Assembly (NCBI GenBank): GCA_965261255.1
Contig: CBDHCQ010000004.1
Location: 78,597 to 142,596 of the forward strand
DNA length: 64,000 bases
Source: Rhodothermales bacterium
GTDB taxonomy: Bacteria; Bacteroidota; Rhodothermia; Rhodothermales; Bin80
Reading direction: 5' to 3'
In this document: positions 30,153 to 40,897 of the stretch, piece by piece
Layout: the number at the start of each line of letters is the position of its first letter
How positions within the stretch are numbered: the first letter of the stretch is position 1
Position numbers and translations under genes: made by a program
Notes under the pieces: generated by a model
Told to the model about the DNA's origin: nothing
The model's input: the letters and a program-made list of their open reading frames with translations, nothing else
Databases searched by the model: none

Positions 30153-31412
30153 CTATTTTCCCAGATTCTCAACCAGCGCCTGACCGAATTGGCTGCAGCT
30201 TAGCAAGGTTGCTCCTTTCATCAGACGGTGAAAATCATAAGTGACGCGTTTCTGGCCAATCGTCTTTTCGACCGCGCCAATGATGGCATCTGCGGCCTCT
30301 TTCCATCCCATGTGCCGTAGCATCATCTCTCCCGAAAGCAATACGGAACTCGGGTTGACTTTGTCCAAACCTGCGTACTTGGGGGCGGTACCGTGGGTCG
30401 CTTCAAACAGGGCTAGCCCCGTATCGTAGTTGATATTGGCTCCGGGAGCAATACCAATCCCTCCAACTTGGGCCGCAAGCGCGTCGGAGATGTAGTCTCC
30501 GTTGAGGTTCATGGTTGCAATCACGCTGTATTCTCTGGGGCGGGTCAGGACCTGTTGCAGAAAAGCATCCGCGATCACATCCTTGATGATTATCTCGTGT
30601 CCGTCCTGGTTAAGCACGTGCCAGGGGCCGCCATCCAAAGGCTTTGCACCGAACTGCTCTGCAGCAATGTTATATCCCCAATCACGAAATGCACCCTCGG
30701 TATATTTCATGATATTGCCCTTATGCACCAGTGTTACACTGGGCTTGCGCTCGGCAATCGCGTACTGGATCGCGGCGCGAACGATACGTTCAGTACCTTC
30801 TTCCGAAACAGGTTTAATCCCGATCCCGCTGCTTTCTGGAAAACGGATTTTGGAGAACCGTTGAGGAAAGGCCTCGCTGAACAGTTTCTGGAATCGTTGC
30901 GTGTCTTCGGTTCCGCGCTCAAACTCAATACCGGCATAAATATCTTCGGCGTTCTCGCGGAAAATGATCATGTCAACGTACTCAGGGTTCCGCACTGGGG
31001 AGGGAACACCGGAGAAGTAGCGTGTAGGCCGAACACAGGCGTAAAGGTCAAGTTTTTGCCGCAAGGCAACATTTAGGCTGCGAATTCCTCCACCGACCGG
31101 CGTCGTTAACGGTCCCTTGATAGCAATCCGGTAGTCTCGAATGGCTTGAAGCGTATCCTCGGGGAGCCACTCGTTGAATTTTTGATGAGCTTTGTCTCCG
31201 GCATAGATTTCAAACCAGTGGATTTTGCGTTGATCGCCGTACGCATGTGAGACAGCATGGTCAAGTACATGGCGGGCGGCAGACCAGATATCCGGTCCGA
31301 TCCCGTCCCCTTCAATAAACGGAATGATGGGTTCATGGGGTACCTGTAGTGTACCACCAGAAAATTGAATAGGATTTCCCGATTTGGGCAGAGAGAGATG
31401 TTTGTATGGCAT
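30153..31412 (-). CDS. icd: NADP-dependent isocitrate dehydrogenase
   Basis: [63 protein letters not shown]. 419 aa. Confidence 0.97.
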   Translation of the reverse strand: MPYKHLSLPKSGNPIQFSGGTLQVPHEPIIPFIEGDGIGPDIWSAARHVLDHAVSHAYGDQRKIHWFEIYAGDKAHQKFNEWLPEDTLQAIRDYRIAIKGPLTTPVGGGIRSLNVALRQKLDLYACVRPTRYFSGVPSPVRNPEYVDMIIFRENAEDIYAGIEFERGTEDTQRFQKLFSEAFPQRFSKIRFPESSGIGIKPVSEEGTERIVRAAIQYAIAERKPSVTLVHKGNIMKYTEGAFRDWGYNIAAEQFGAKPLDGGPWHVLNQDGHEIIIKDVIADAFLQQVLTRPREYSVIATMNLNGDYISDALAAQVGGIGIAPGANINYDTGLALFEATHGTAPKYAGLDKVNPSSVLLSGEMMLRHMGWKEAADAIIGAVEKTIGQKRVTYDFHRLMKGATLLSCSQFGQALVENLGK

Positions 31413-31471
31413 CAGTTGAATAAGTTGTTAGTTGGCGCGAAAGTTATGCAATTAAGTCTCATGTGACCACA

Positions 31472-32197
31472 TCAGAGCTTCCCAAAGAGAGAACGAAAAC
31501 GCAATTCCCAGACCTTGAAAGCAGCTTCACGAACGATATCCCGGCTCATCTTGCTTTGGCCTTCTGTGCGCTCGGTAAAGACAATAGGGATTTCGGAAAG
31601 GCGAAAGCCTTTCTTCCATGCACGGTATTTCATTTCTACCTGGAAGGAATATCCGTTGCTGCGGACTGCCTGCAGGTTCACAGACTCTAGAACACGACGA
31701 TGGTAAGCCACAAAGCCAGCGGTAACATCACGGACCGGAAGGCGTGTTACGATTCGTGTGTACCATCCAGCGCCATAACTGAGTATAAGTCGACCGAGCG
31801 GCCAATCTACAACACGAACACCATGAACATACCTGGATCCAATAGCAAGGTCACATTGATCGGTCGTAATGGCTTTGATCAGTCGTGGCAGGTCATCCGG
31901 GTTATGCGAGAGATCAGCATCCATTTCACAGATAACCTGGTACTCATGTTTAAGTGCGTGCGCAAAACCGGTCAAGTAGGCGGTCCCCAGGCCTAATTTT
32001 CCTGAACGTTCTAGCAGTTCGATGCGTCCAGGGTATTCCAGTTGTGTCTGGCGAACAATATTTGCTGTACCATCCGGCGATCCATCATCCACGACCAGCG
32101 CGTTCAGATTGGAAGGTTGTTCCATCACGCGTTTCAGCGCCAGAGCCACATTTTTAGCCTCGTTGTACGTCGGGATAATGACGAGAACTTCACACAT
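31472..32197 (-). CDS. GT2 polyprenol-phosphate mannosyltransferase (Dpm1-like)
   Basis: VIIPTYNEAKNV...VVDDGSPDGT...MDADLSHNPDDLP. 241 aa. Confidence 0.85.
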   Translation of the reverse strand: MCEVLVIIPTYNEAKNVALALKRVMEQPSNLNALVVDDGSPDGTANIVRQTQLEYPGRIELLERSGKLGLGTAYLTGFAHALKHEYQVICEMDADLSHNPDDLPRLIKAITTDQCDLAIGSRYVHGVRVVDWPLGRLILSYGAGWYTRIVTRLPVRDVTAGFVAYHRRVLESVNLQAVRSNGYSFQVEMKYRAWKKGFRLSEIPIVFTERTEGQSKMSRDIVREAAFKVWELRFRSLFGKL

Positions 32198-32313
32198 GAA
32201 TCTCAGGACAGAACCTGCGGTTGCAGAGATTTGGGGATCACAAGCGCCTCAGAAGGGTACACACGGGCTGTACTTGTATTCCGAGCACATGATATTCCAA
32301 ACATCCCAGTGAT

Positions 32314-33417
32314 ATGTCTTTGAAGGCACAAGAAGTGGCAACCCAAAACGGCCAGCCGGAGGCATCTTACGACACAATTGAGGCTAAGCTCAGCTTCCGG
32401 CACTATCCAGGAGATAGATTTACCCATGAGAGTTTGGGACTCAGTGTGGAAGAGGTTGGTGATATTTACCGAAATATGTTGTTGCAACGGCGTTTCGAGG
32501 AGCGTTCTGCTCAGATGTATGGCAGACAAAAGATTGGTGGTTTTCTACACTTGTATATCGGTCAAGAGGCCATTTCAACCGGGTCGGCCTATGCGATCAA
32601 GCCCGGACTAGATTCAGCGATCACGGCGTATCGTGACCACGGTCTCGCACTGGCACTCGGGATGACCTCCAACGAATGCATGGCCGAACTGTTTGGGCGG
32701 GTGGACGGCTGCTCCAAGGGCAAAGGGGGGTCAATGCATTTTTTCAACAAGGAAAAGGGCATGTTCGGTGGGCACGGTATTGTTGGTGCGCACATTCCAG
32801 TAGCTGCGGGCATTGCTTTTGCGCATAAGTACAAGAACGATGGGGGTGTATGTATATGTTATTTGGGTGATGGTGCGGTGTGGCAGGGTTCTTTTCATGA
32901 AACACTGAATTTGGCTTCGTTGTACGGGCTTCCGGTTGTTTATGTGATTGAAAACAATCAATATGCAATGGGTACTGCAGTTGATCGGGCCACTGCCGAG
33001 ACAGATCTTTTCAAGCAATGTGTTTCTTATGCTATGCCGGGTTCACTGGTAGACGGGATGGATGTGTTCAGTGTCTGTCAGGCCATGCGTGATCACGTGG
33101 ACATGGCACGCGAGGGCCAGCCATCGCTCGTGGAAATCCGGACTTATCGCTACAGGGGGCATTCCATGAGTGATCCTGGCAAATACCGGACCAAGGAAGA
33201 ATTGAAAGCCAAGAAGGATGAAGATCCAATCCTTCGCTTGAAAAGTTATCTCATACAGGAAAGCCTCATAAGCAATGAAGCGCTTGATGTTCTGGATATG
33301 GAGGTGAAGGCCGAAGTAGCTGCATCCGTTACCTTTGCGGATGAAAGCCCGTTCCCGCCGCTGGAGGACATATATGATCATGTCTATACACAAGAAGACT
33401 TTCCTTTTCTGACTTGA
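32314..33417 (+). CDS. pdhA: pyruvate dehydrogenase E1 component alpha subunit
   Basis: GFLHLYIGQEAISTG, GKGGSMHF, YLGDGAVWQGSFHETLNLA, YRYRGHSMSDP. Confidence 0.95.
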   Translation: MSLKAQEVATQNGQPEASYDTIEAKLSFRHYPGDRFTHESLGLSVEEVGDIYRNMLLQRRFEERSAQMYGRQKIGGFLHLYIGQEAISTGSAYAIKPGLDSAITAYRDHGLALALGMTSNECMAELFGRVDGCSKGKGGSMHFFNKEKGMFGGHGIVGAHIPVAAGIAFAHKYKNDGGVCICYLGDGAVWQGSFHETLNLASLYGLPVVYVIENNQYAMGTAVDRATAETDLFKQCVSYAMPGSLVDGMDVFSVCQAMRDHVDMAREGQPSLVEIRTYRYRGHSMSDPGKYRTKEELKAKKDEDPILRLKSYLIQESLISNEALDVLDMEVKAEVAASVTFADESPFPPLEDIYDHVYTQEDFPFLT

Positions 33418-33425
33418 TTGAATCT

Positions 33426-34409
33426 ATGGCAGAATTGCAACTTCGGGAGGCCATCCGTGCTGCGATGGTTGAAGAGATGGATCGCGACGAGAATATATTC
33501 CTCATGGGTGAGGAGGTGGCCGAATATAACGGTGCTTACAAGGTCAGCGAGGGTATGCGCGACCGATATGGCGATCAACGTGTGATTGATACGCCGATCA
33601 GTGAAGGTGGCTTTGCAGGTTTGGGGCTCGGCGCGGCGATGAATGGGCTTCGGCCGATCATTGAGTTCATGACCTGGAACTTCGCCTTTGTAGCTATTGA
33701 TCAGATTGTCAATAATGCTGCGAAGATTCGCTACATGTCAGGTGGACAGTTTTCGTTTCCGATAGTGTTCCGCGGACCGAATGGTGCGGCGGGGCAGTTG
33801 GCGGCGACACATAATACCTCTGTTGAAGCGCTTTACAGCTGCTTCCCGGGACTTAAGGTGATTTCGGTGTCTAACCCCGATGATGCCAAGGGGCTGCTCA
33901 AATCGGCAATCCGGGACGATGACCCGGTAGTATTTCTGGAGAGTGAGTTCATGTACGGCATGCGTGGCCAAGTGTCGGAAGCGGAGGACTATATCATTCC
34001 GATTGGTAAGGCACGGATCGCACGTGAAGGTGACGCGGTAACCATTATAGGCCATAACAAGAGCTATTGGCGTGCACTGGAGGCCGCCGAAATGCTTGAA
34101 GCAGACGGTTATGCCGCGGAAGTTATTGATCCGCGTACGATTCGCCCGTTTGACTGGGATACGGTGATCGCGTCAGTAAAGAAGACCAACCGGTGCGTAG
34201 TGGTGGATGAGAGTAATCCATTCGCAAGTGTCTCCTCGGAGATCGCTTTCCAGATTCAGGCACGGGCCTTTGATTACCTTGATGCGCCGGTTCACCGAAT
34301 CACCGCCAAAGATACGCCGGCCCCGTATGCTAAAAATCTGATGGAGTACTATCTGCCGAGTACGGAGGATGTATATCGAGCCTGCCGTGCAGTAATGTAT
34401 CTTGACTGA
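33426..34409 (+). CDS. pdhB: pyruvate dehydrogenase E1 component beta subunit
   Basis: MAELQLREAIRAAMVEEMDRDENIFLMGEEVAEYNGAYKVS...RVIDTPISEGGFAG. Start taken at ATG 33426. Confidence 0.95.
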   Translation: MAELQLREAIRAAMVEEMDRDENIFLMGEEVAEYNGAYKVSEGMRDRYGDQRVIDTPISEGGFAGLGLGAAMNGLRPIIEFMTWNFAFVAIDQIVNNAAKIRYMSGGQFSFPIVFRGPNGAAGQLAATHNTSVEALYSCFPGLKVISVSNPDDAKGLLKSAIRDDDPVVFLESEFMYGMRGQVSEAEDYIIPIGKARIAREGDAVTIIGHNKSYWRALEAAEMLEADGYAAEVIDPRTIRPFDWDTVIASVKKTNRCVVVDESNPFASVSSEIAFQIQARAFDYLDAPVHRITAKDTPAPYAKNLMEYYLPSTEDVYRACRAVMYLD

Positions 34410-34432
34410 CCGTATTCAATCGTGAACTGACC

Positions 34433-35680
34433 ATGCCGATTGCAATAGAAATGCCAAAGATGACGGACACCATGGAAGAGGGTGTCCTGGTTGAGTGGTC
34501 CGTTGAGGAAGGAGATAAAATTGCTGCTGGTGATGTTATTGCACAGGTGGAAACGGACAAGGCCACGATGGATGTTGAGGCATATGATGATGGTATCCTA
34601 CTAAAAAAAGTTGCTCAGGCTGGCGATGCCCTGCCGATAGGAGGGCTCATAGCTGTCCTGGGCGAGGCTGGCGAAGATGTATCAGCAATACTGTCGTCGC
34701 ATACGGCTGAAGACGACACACCACCTCCTGCGCCTGTTGAAACCCCGAAGGAAAAATCGCCCCCCGCCCCGGCAAACGTTGCTGCTTCCGCAGCAACATT
34801 CACTGGGCGGGTTAAGGCTTCGCCACTCGCAAAGCGGATGGCGGCTGACCATGGACTTCAACTGACCAATTTGACAGGATCCGGCCCAGGAGGGCGCATT
34901 ATTAAACGAGATGTAGAAGCGCAGATGTCTAGGCCTCGGCTTCCTGTACCCACTGGTGCGGATCGTGGCTTTGAAGCGGTTCGGATCTCCCAAATGCGTA
35001 AGGCGATCGCACGCCGGTTGGCTGAGAGCAAGTACACCTCTCCGCATTTCTATTTGAATGTAGACGTAGATGTAACTGCACTTATTGCTCATCGAACTGC
35101 GGTGAATGAATACCTGGAAAAATCTGGTCGCCCCAAGGTATCCTTTAATGACTTTGTGACAAAGGCCAGTGCAGCTGCCCTGATAGAACATCCAGATGTG
35201 AATGTGATGTATGCTGCAGATGAGGGTGTGGTTCGCAGGTATAATTACGTAGATGTGGGGGTAGCTGTGGCCATAGAAGATGGATTGGTCACGCCCGTTG
35301 TGCGGGATGCTCATCGAAAGAGCGTGGCAGCTATAGCTCAGGAGACCCAGGAATTGGCGGCTCGTGCACGAGACCGGAAATTGACCCCGGAAGAAATGGA
35401 AGGGTCAACATTTACTACCAGTAATCTGGGCATGTTTGGCATTGAATCATTTACAGCAATCATCAACCCTCCGAATGCCTGTATTCTGGCCATCGGCACG
35501 ATTCGCGATACACCGGTCGTTCAGGACGGCGTAGTTGTTCCGGGTAAGCGTATGAAGCTCACACTATCGTGTGACCATCGGGCGGTGGACGGAGCAGTGG
35601 GAGCGCGGTTTTTTGCTACACTCAAAGAGTTGCTGGAAAACCCAATCAGCCTGTTCCTGGAGCAGGCCTTGGCGACTTGA
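34433..35680 (+). CDS. pdhC: dihydrolipoamide acetyltransferase (PDH E2)
   Basis: Lipoyl domain VETDKATMDVEA, E3-binding ASPLAKRMAADHGL, catalytic LSCDHRAVDGAVGARF. Confidence 0.95.
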   Translation: MPIAIEMPKMTDTMEEGVLVEWSVEEGDKIAAGDVIAQVETDKATMDVEAYDDGILLKKVAQAGDALPIGGLIAVLGEAGEDVSAILSSHTAEDDTPPPAPVETPKEKSPPAPANVAASAATFTGRVKASPLAKRMAADHGLQLTNLTGSGPGGRIIKRDVEAQMSRPRLPVPTGADRGFEAVRISQMRKAIARRLAESKYTSPHFYLNVDVDVTALIAHRTAVNEYLEKSGRPKVSFNDFVTKASAAALIEHPDVNVMYAADEGVVRRYNYVDVGVAVAIEDGLVTPVVRDAHRKSVAAIAQETQELAARARDRKLTPEEMEGSTFTTSNLGMFGIESFTAIINPPNACILAIGTIRDTPVVQDGVVVPGKRMKLTLSCDHRAVDGAVGARFFATLKELLENPISLFLEQALAT

Positions 35681-35824
35681 TTCCAAAGTCCGGGACCGAA
35701 GATCGGGTATGATGACCATCACAGAAAGGGGGCGGGGTCTTCAGGCGGTTGCGGAAAAGATCTATTCCGTTTGATTACTTCGATGTACGCGCTGTGCTGT
35801 TTCTTGTAATCCAACCAGGTCCTT

Positions 35825-36622
35825 ATGCGGCTGGCACATGTAAGTGATCCTCACTTTGGCCGGATCGCTTCCCCTCATATACAGGAAGATCTGCTTGAAG
35901 ATATCCGTGTACATGGATGTGATGCAATTCTGATATCAGGTGATCTGACCCAGCGGGCAAGAAGGGGTGAGTTCAAAGCTGCACGGGAGTTTCTGAATGC
36001 GCTTTCCCAGCCATACATCGTGGTTCCCGGGAATCATGATGTGCACGCGTGGTGGCATCGCCCGGATTTGCGCATGCTTGACCCATTACGCCGATACAAG
36101 CGGCAGCTTACCAGGCAGCTGGAGCAGTCAATTACCGTTCAGGGTTTGGCTGTACTGGGGCTCAATACCGCATACGGATTTACGGTAAAGGGGGGACGTT
36201 GCACAGCCGAGCAGATCAAGAGAGTACAGAGTTTTTTTTCAGAGCAGCCGCCGAACACACTCAAAGTATTGGCGGTTCATCATCCGCTTACCGCACTCAA
36301 AGCATCCGAAAAACTGGATTTGGCTCGCGGGGGGGATAAACTGTTTGCTGCGGCTGCAGAAGCTGGCGTTAGGGTTGTCTGTGCGGGGCACGGGCATTGT
36401 GCGTATGTGGAGGTGTGTATTGAGGGAGGAAATGAGTTGGTCGTCTCCATTGCGGGGACAGCCACCTCCGACCGGTGGCGTGCACCGCAGACAGAGATGA
36501 ACTCTTGGAACCTCATTGAGACAGGCGATCGTAACTTGGAGGTTCAGATCCGCACGTATGACAGGGATACACGCACTTTTTCGGTGTACAGGCAAGTAAC
36601 GCACTCTTTTGCTGGACAATAG
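35825..36622 (+). CDS. metallophosphoesterase (calcineurin-like)
   Basis: HVSDPHFG, ISGDLTQ, VVPGNHD, AGHGH motifs in order. Confidence 0.8.
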   Translation: MRLAHVSDPHFGRIASPHIQEDLLEDIRVHGCDAILISGDLTQRARRGEFKAAREFLNALSQPYIVVPGNHDVHAWWHRPDLRMLDPLRRYKRQLTRQLEQSITVQGLAVLGLNTAYGFTVKGGRCTAEQIKRVQSFFSEQPPNTLKVLAVHHPLTALKASEKLDLARGGDKLFAAAAEAGVRVVCAGHGHCAYVEVCIEGGNELVVSIAGTATSDRWRAPQTEMNSWNLIETGDRNLEVQIRTYDRDTRTFSVYRQVTHSFAGQ

Positions 36623-36625
36623 ATT

Positions 36626-38020
36626 TTGATGATTGATACGAGCGAGTTCATTCCGTTGGGGGCTTTCAAGAAACCCATTGCCCGCATGTGGGAGGTTTCA
36701 CGGGAAAAATTGATAGCGATTGAGGATAGGCTAGCCCTATCCGAGGACGAAGCGTTGGTGTACACCAGAAATGGGCGTTACACTTCCCGAGGTTGGACGG
36801 ATTGGACGCGTGGCTTCCAGGTAGGCTCAATGCTTCTGCAGGCTGAGGCGGAAGACTCGAGTTCTTTGTTCCAATTGGGGCGCAGCAATACAATAGAGCG
36901 CATACAGCAGCATCTGACACACTTTGGTGTTCATGATCATGGGTTTACCGTCACGAGTACTTATGGAGCGCTACTTCGACTTATGGACGAGCACTTCGTT
37001 GAGTTCAACGAGTGGGAGCGCAACTGCTATGTGCAGGCCCTGTTAACAAGTGGGAGTGTTCAGGCGCACCGCTGGACTGAACTCGGAGGAGGGTATGGGT
37101 TTATTCACTCCTTTAATGGGCCACATTCTCTCTTTGCGGATACAATTCGCTCACTTCGGGCCCTCGCTATTGCATACTTGCTGGGAGGTGTGTTACGGGG
37201 CGAGCAAGATCAGGAGTACAGCTTGCTGGATCGGCTAGTGACCCATGCCCGTACGACCTGTAAGTACATTGTTTTTCGTGGCGAGGATGAAAAGGCAGAT
37301 GGGTACGATGTTCGTGGTCGGGTCGCTCATGAAGCGATCTTCAATGTACGCACAGGCACGTATCGATGTCCGAGTACGCAGCAGGGGTACTCACCATTCA
37401 GCACATGGACGCGAGGCTTGGCGTGGATAATTTTGGGGTGTGCTGAAATTCTTGAATTTCTCGATATGCTGCCTAAACGTGTTACACGTCCGCACAGAGA
37501 GGCGCAAACAGAAATCAGAACAGCGTTATTGGACGCAGCTGATTACTACATAAAGAGCACACCAACATGCGGAGTACCCTACTGGGATACAGGCGCACCG
37601 GGCTTGAAAGATTTAAGCAATTGGTCTGAGCGTGACGCCGATCCGTTTAATGACAAGGAGCCCGTAGACAGTTCCGCCGCGGCTATTGCAGCTCAGGGGT
37701 TGATGCGCCTTGGAAAAATAATGGGCGAGCAGGGCGAAAAATACACTATAGCCGGGCGCAAAATTGCCTTGACGCTCTTGGATGAACCATACTTGAGTCT
37801 GGATCCAGCACATGAGGGCCTGCTTTTGCATAGCGTGTACCATTGGCCGCGCCGTTGGGACTATGTTCCAGATGGAGCAAATATACCCAATGGAGAAAGT
37901 GTAATGTGGGGGGACTATCATTTGCGGGAACTGGCGCTCTATCTGCAGAGAATGTCACCCAATAAACCGTATTACAGCTTCGCAAATTTTTCCTGGGAGA
38001 TTCCCGCGGCCCAGCGATGA
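36626..38020 (+). CDS. (alpha/alpha)6-barrel glycoside hydrolase, GH88/GH105-like (unsaturated glucuronyl hydrolase-like)
   Basis: GWTDWTRGFQVGSMLL resembles the WTxGFWxG region of GH88. 464 aa, next to a sulfatase gene. The family call is tentative. Confidence 0.5.
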   Translation: MMIDTSEFIPLGAFKKPIARMWEVSREKLIAIEDRLALSEDEALVYTRNGRYTSRGWTDWTRGFQVGSMLLQAEAEDSSSLFQLGRSNTIERIQQHLTHFGVHDHGFTVTSTYGALLRLMDEHFVEFNEWERNCYVQALLTSGSVQAHRWTELGGGYGFIHSFNGPHSLFADTIRSLRALAIAYLLGGVLRGEQDQEYSLLDRLVTHARTTCKYIVFRGEDEKADGYDVRGRVAHEAIFNVRTGTYRCPSTQQGYSPFSTWTRGLAWIILGCAEILEFLDMLPKRVTRPHREAQTEIRTALLDAADYYIKSTPTCGVPYWDTGAPGLKDLSNWSERDADPFNDKEPVDSSAAAIAAQGLMRLGKIMGEQGEKYTIAGRKIALTLLDEPYLSLDPAHEGLLLHSVYHWPRRWDYVPDGANIPNGESVMWGDYHLRELALYLQRMSPNKPYYSFANFSWEIPAAQR

Positions 38021-38106
38021 GGATGATCAATCAGGAAAAATGACCGCGTGCGGGCCGCGTTGATCGTTGCACTGGCATACACGGTATTTTGGAGGGGAAG
38101 AAGATG

Positions 38107-39519
38107 CTACTCTAGCAGATGAGGTGGGCGACGATTAGGTCCCTCTGTACCGGTGAGTGCATCGCCCAGATCGTTTCGCATACTATCCACGTATCCGAGC
38201 AATCGATCAACGACTGCCGGATGCGTGTCTGCAAGATCGAGAGATTCCCCGATATCTGATTCCAGATCAAATAGAGATAGTCCAATGGAATCCCGACGAT
38301 AGGCGCCTTGGAAAGTCGGTGTGGAAAGTACGGCACCATGAATGCTACGGTAGTGGTGGGGTACATGTAGCTTCCATCGGCCGGAGCGGACTGCATGGAG
38401 CTGATATCCTTGGTAGAAGAATAGTGCATCGTGTGGCGAGGGACCGCCATTGATGACGTTCAACAGGGATTTACCGTCAAATGGGAATGGGCCGGGTACG
38501 GCCCCCGTAATCTCAGCCACGGTTGGCATGATGTCCATCGCAGAAACCATCGCATCCGTGACTCCCGGCGTAATCGTGCTGGGCCAGAACATAAGCAAAG
38601 GCACGCGATGGCCTCCCTCGAATGTAGTTCCCTTCCCTTCGCGCAGTGGACCGGTACGTCCACTGTGATCCCCCTTCACTAACCATGGACCATTGTCCGA
38701 GGAAAAGATGATGAGCGTATTTTCCGCCAGGTCCAGACGCTCAAGTGTATCCATGATGCGGCCTACTGACCAGTCGATTTCCATGATCACGTCCCCGTAT
38801 AATCCGGCGTTGGATTGTCCGACAAATGCTTCAGAAGCAAAGAGCGGGACATGCGGAAATGTGTGTGGAAGGTAAAGAAAGAAGGGCGTATCACGGTTGG
38901 ATTCAATAAAAGCGACCGCCCGCTCTGTGTAGCGCCGCGTCAACTGGGATTGGTCCGGTTCCAGTTCAATGGTGGTGAAGCCTTCAACAAGTGGTACTGG
39001 CGGGTGCTGCCTTGCGGGCGGATTCGGGTTCTTTATGGCATCCGGTGTCATGTCGTTGGAGTACGGGATACCGAAGTACGCATCAAACCCGTGATTCATT
39101 GGGAGGTGTAGTGAATCGTGTCCCAGATGCCATTTTCCGAAGCAGGCGGTGGAGTACCCCAATTCCTTGAGCATTTCTGCCATAGTGCGTTCACTCGGAT
39201 GAAGTCCACGGCGAGACTGAGGCATGAGTACTCCTGGGATGCTCACACGCTGCGGATACATGCCGGTCATAAAGGCTGCGCGGGAGGGTGAACAGGAGGC
39301 GGCAGCCGTATAGAAATCCGTAAAGCGGAGGCCGCGGGCAGCCAATGAGTCAAGGTGTGGCGTTGACAGGTCGGAGGATCCATAACTACCCAGATCAACC
39401 CATCCCTGATCATCGGTCACGATCAGAATCACATTGGGGTTTTGTGTTTTCAACTGGCATCCAATTGACAGCAGGGCCAAGGCAAAAGGTATTCCCCGCA
39501 CTATCGAAAGACGACTCAT
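38107..39519 (-). CDS. formylglycine-dependent sulfatase (arylsulfatase A family)
   Basis: NVILIVTDDQGWVDLGSYG followed by the CxPxR motif AAASCSPSRAAFMTGMYP. Signal peptide present. Confidence 0.93.
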   Translation of the reverse strand: MSRLSIVRGIPFALALLSIGCQLKTQNPNVILIVTDDQGWVDLGSYGSSDLSTPHLDSLAARGLRFTDFYTAAASCSPSRAAFMTGMYPQRVSIPGVLMPQSRRGLHPSERTMAEMLKELGYSTACFGKWHLGHDSLHLPMNHGFDAYFGIPYSNDMTPDAIKNPNPPARQHPPVPLVEGFTTIELEPDQSQLTRRYTERAVAFIESNRDTPFFLYLPHTFPHVPLFASEAFVGQSNAGLYGDVIMEIDWSVGRIMDTLERLDLAENTLIIFSSDNGPWLVKGDHSGRTGPLREGKGTTFEGGHRVPLLMFWPSTITPGVTDAMVSAMDIMPTVAEITGAVPGPFPFDGKSLLNVINGGPSPHDALFFYQGYQLHAVRSGRWKLHVPHHYRSIHGAVLSTPTFQGAYRRDSIGLSLFDLESDIGESLDLADTHPAVVDRLLGYVDSMRNDLGDALTGTEGPNRRPPHLLE

Positions 39520-39898
39520 TTAAGACAAAGGCATGTTTGCAATGAATCCACCCCCGAAGTTTAATGAATAGTGCTGACTCGTAGATCCTACTACGTTCAA
39601 GTCATAATCGAACCCACAGGGCCGATCAATCAAGCGAGATTAGTTACATCGCTAATCAGCGGTGACGGCTTAAGGTACCTCTTATGTGGTTGTCGCATCC
39701 ATTCGTTGGTTGTGTACATACGCTCCGCCTTTGTTGAACTGGGAATTGAAGACCCTTCGGAGATTTCGAAAGCAACTTCGGACCGTGAGACGTTAGAATC
39801 CTGGGTACATGCGATCTGCCGCGGTGATCCTGCGGGCGGATTGCACCGCGTCGCCAAGCAGACAGGCGGCAACGCACAACTGTCCCACTTATACCGGC

Positions 39899-40858
39899 CT
39901 ATTGCCGCTGGAGATTTAATGGGATGATGTTAGGTCGTTGCTGGCATTCGGAGCCAGGATCTCCCACATCTACGACGCGGAATTCAACCCGCCGGTTGAG
40001 TGTGCGTCCAGTGATGGTTGCATTGCTGGCTGCCGGACGCTCTTCTCCATATCCACAGGCCGACACACGGCTTGCCTCAATGCCCGTCTGCAGGAGCAAA
40101 TAGTCCCTCACCGCCACCGCACGGTTTTCGGATAATTCCTGGTTGTAGGACGAATCGCCGATGCTGTCGGTATGTCCGCTTACCTCAATACGCAGCTCTC
40201 CGTGCCTCAGCAGAACTGCGCCTACTATGTCCAGAATCTTCCTGGACGACGCCAAGAGCGTGCTCCGGTCAATTTCAAAGTGAACATCGGTGGTCGTGAA
40301 CAGCCCGGTCTCCAGCAAAACGGTATTCAGCTGCTGCACCGTGCGTGCGGAATCGGCCGACGGTGTCTCCTGATCGGCTTTCCGTTCAGCTTCGGACGGC
40401 ACGTCACCATCAGCGGCCCATTGAGCGGGGACGGCGGCTAATGCCTCCCGATCAGCGTCCCCCTTGGCGAGGGCGGCAGTCAGTGCGCCCTGATCTGCGT
40501 CGAGCCCGTACAATTCAGTGATACCCAATTCGGCTTGGCGTTCCAAGGGAAGTCTGGCTTTTTGCTGTCCCCCTGATACTTGATTGGGTGGTGTAGCAGG
40601 CCGAGGAATTAGAATGAATATCGGATAGCTATTGCGATGCTCCGCTCGGGACCGACCAATCTCGGCGATCCGGCGGCGCACACTTGCGATTCCAGCATTC
40701 AAAGACGTGGAGTCGGCCTGGCCGTATACGTAGATATGCATCGCCCCCGGTGAACCAGTCTGTGCAACAGCCGCACACGGAATTGCGCTTAGCAAGAGCA
40801 ACAGCAGGCCGCTGCCGATGGCTTTGGCGCGCAGCAGCACTGGATCAGGATCGCTCAT
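39899..40858 (-). CDS. OmpA-family (peptidoglycan-associated) protein
   Basis: C-terminal OmpA domain: HFEIDRSTLL...IEVSGHTDSIGDSSYNQELSENRAVAVRDYL...NRRVEFRVV. Start at ATG 40858 (40888 is an alternative). Confidence 0.85.
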   Translation of the reverse strand: MSDPDPVLLRAKAIGSGLLLLLLSAIPCAAVAQTGSPGAMHIYVYGQADSTSLNAGIASVRRRIAEIGRSRAEHRNSYPIFILIPRPATPPNQVSGGQQKARLPLERQAELGITELYGLDADQGALTAALAKGDADREALAAVPAQWAADGDVPSEAERKADQETPSADSARTVQQLNTVLLETGLFTTTDVHFEIDRSTLLASSRKILDIVGAVLLRHGELRIEVSGHTDSIGDSSYNQELSENRAVAVRDYLLLQTGIEASRVSACGYGEERPAASNATITGRTLNRRVEFRVVDVGDPGSECQQRPNIIPLNLQRQ

Positions 40859-40897
40859 TTGTAAAGGTCCCGTTCTGTTAAATATCAAGCCAATGCG

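Noticed and set aside
39571-39927. 118-aa plus-strand ORF between the sulfatase and OmpA genes
   Set aside because: It has no motif and overlaps antisense ORFs of similar length. It also overlaps the 3' end of the OmpA-family gene. Support is insufficient.
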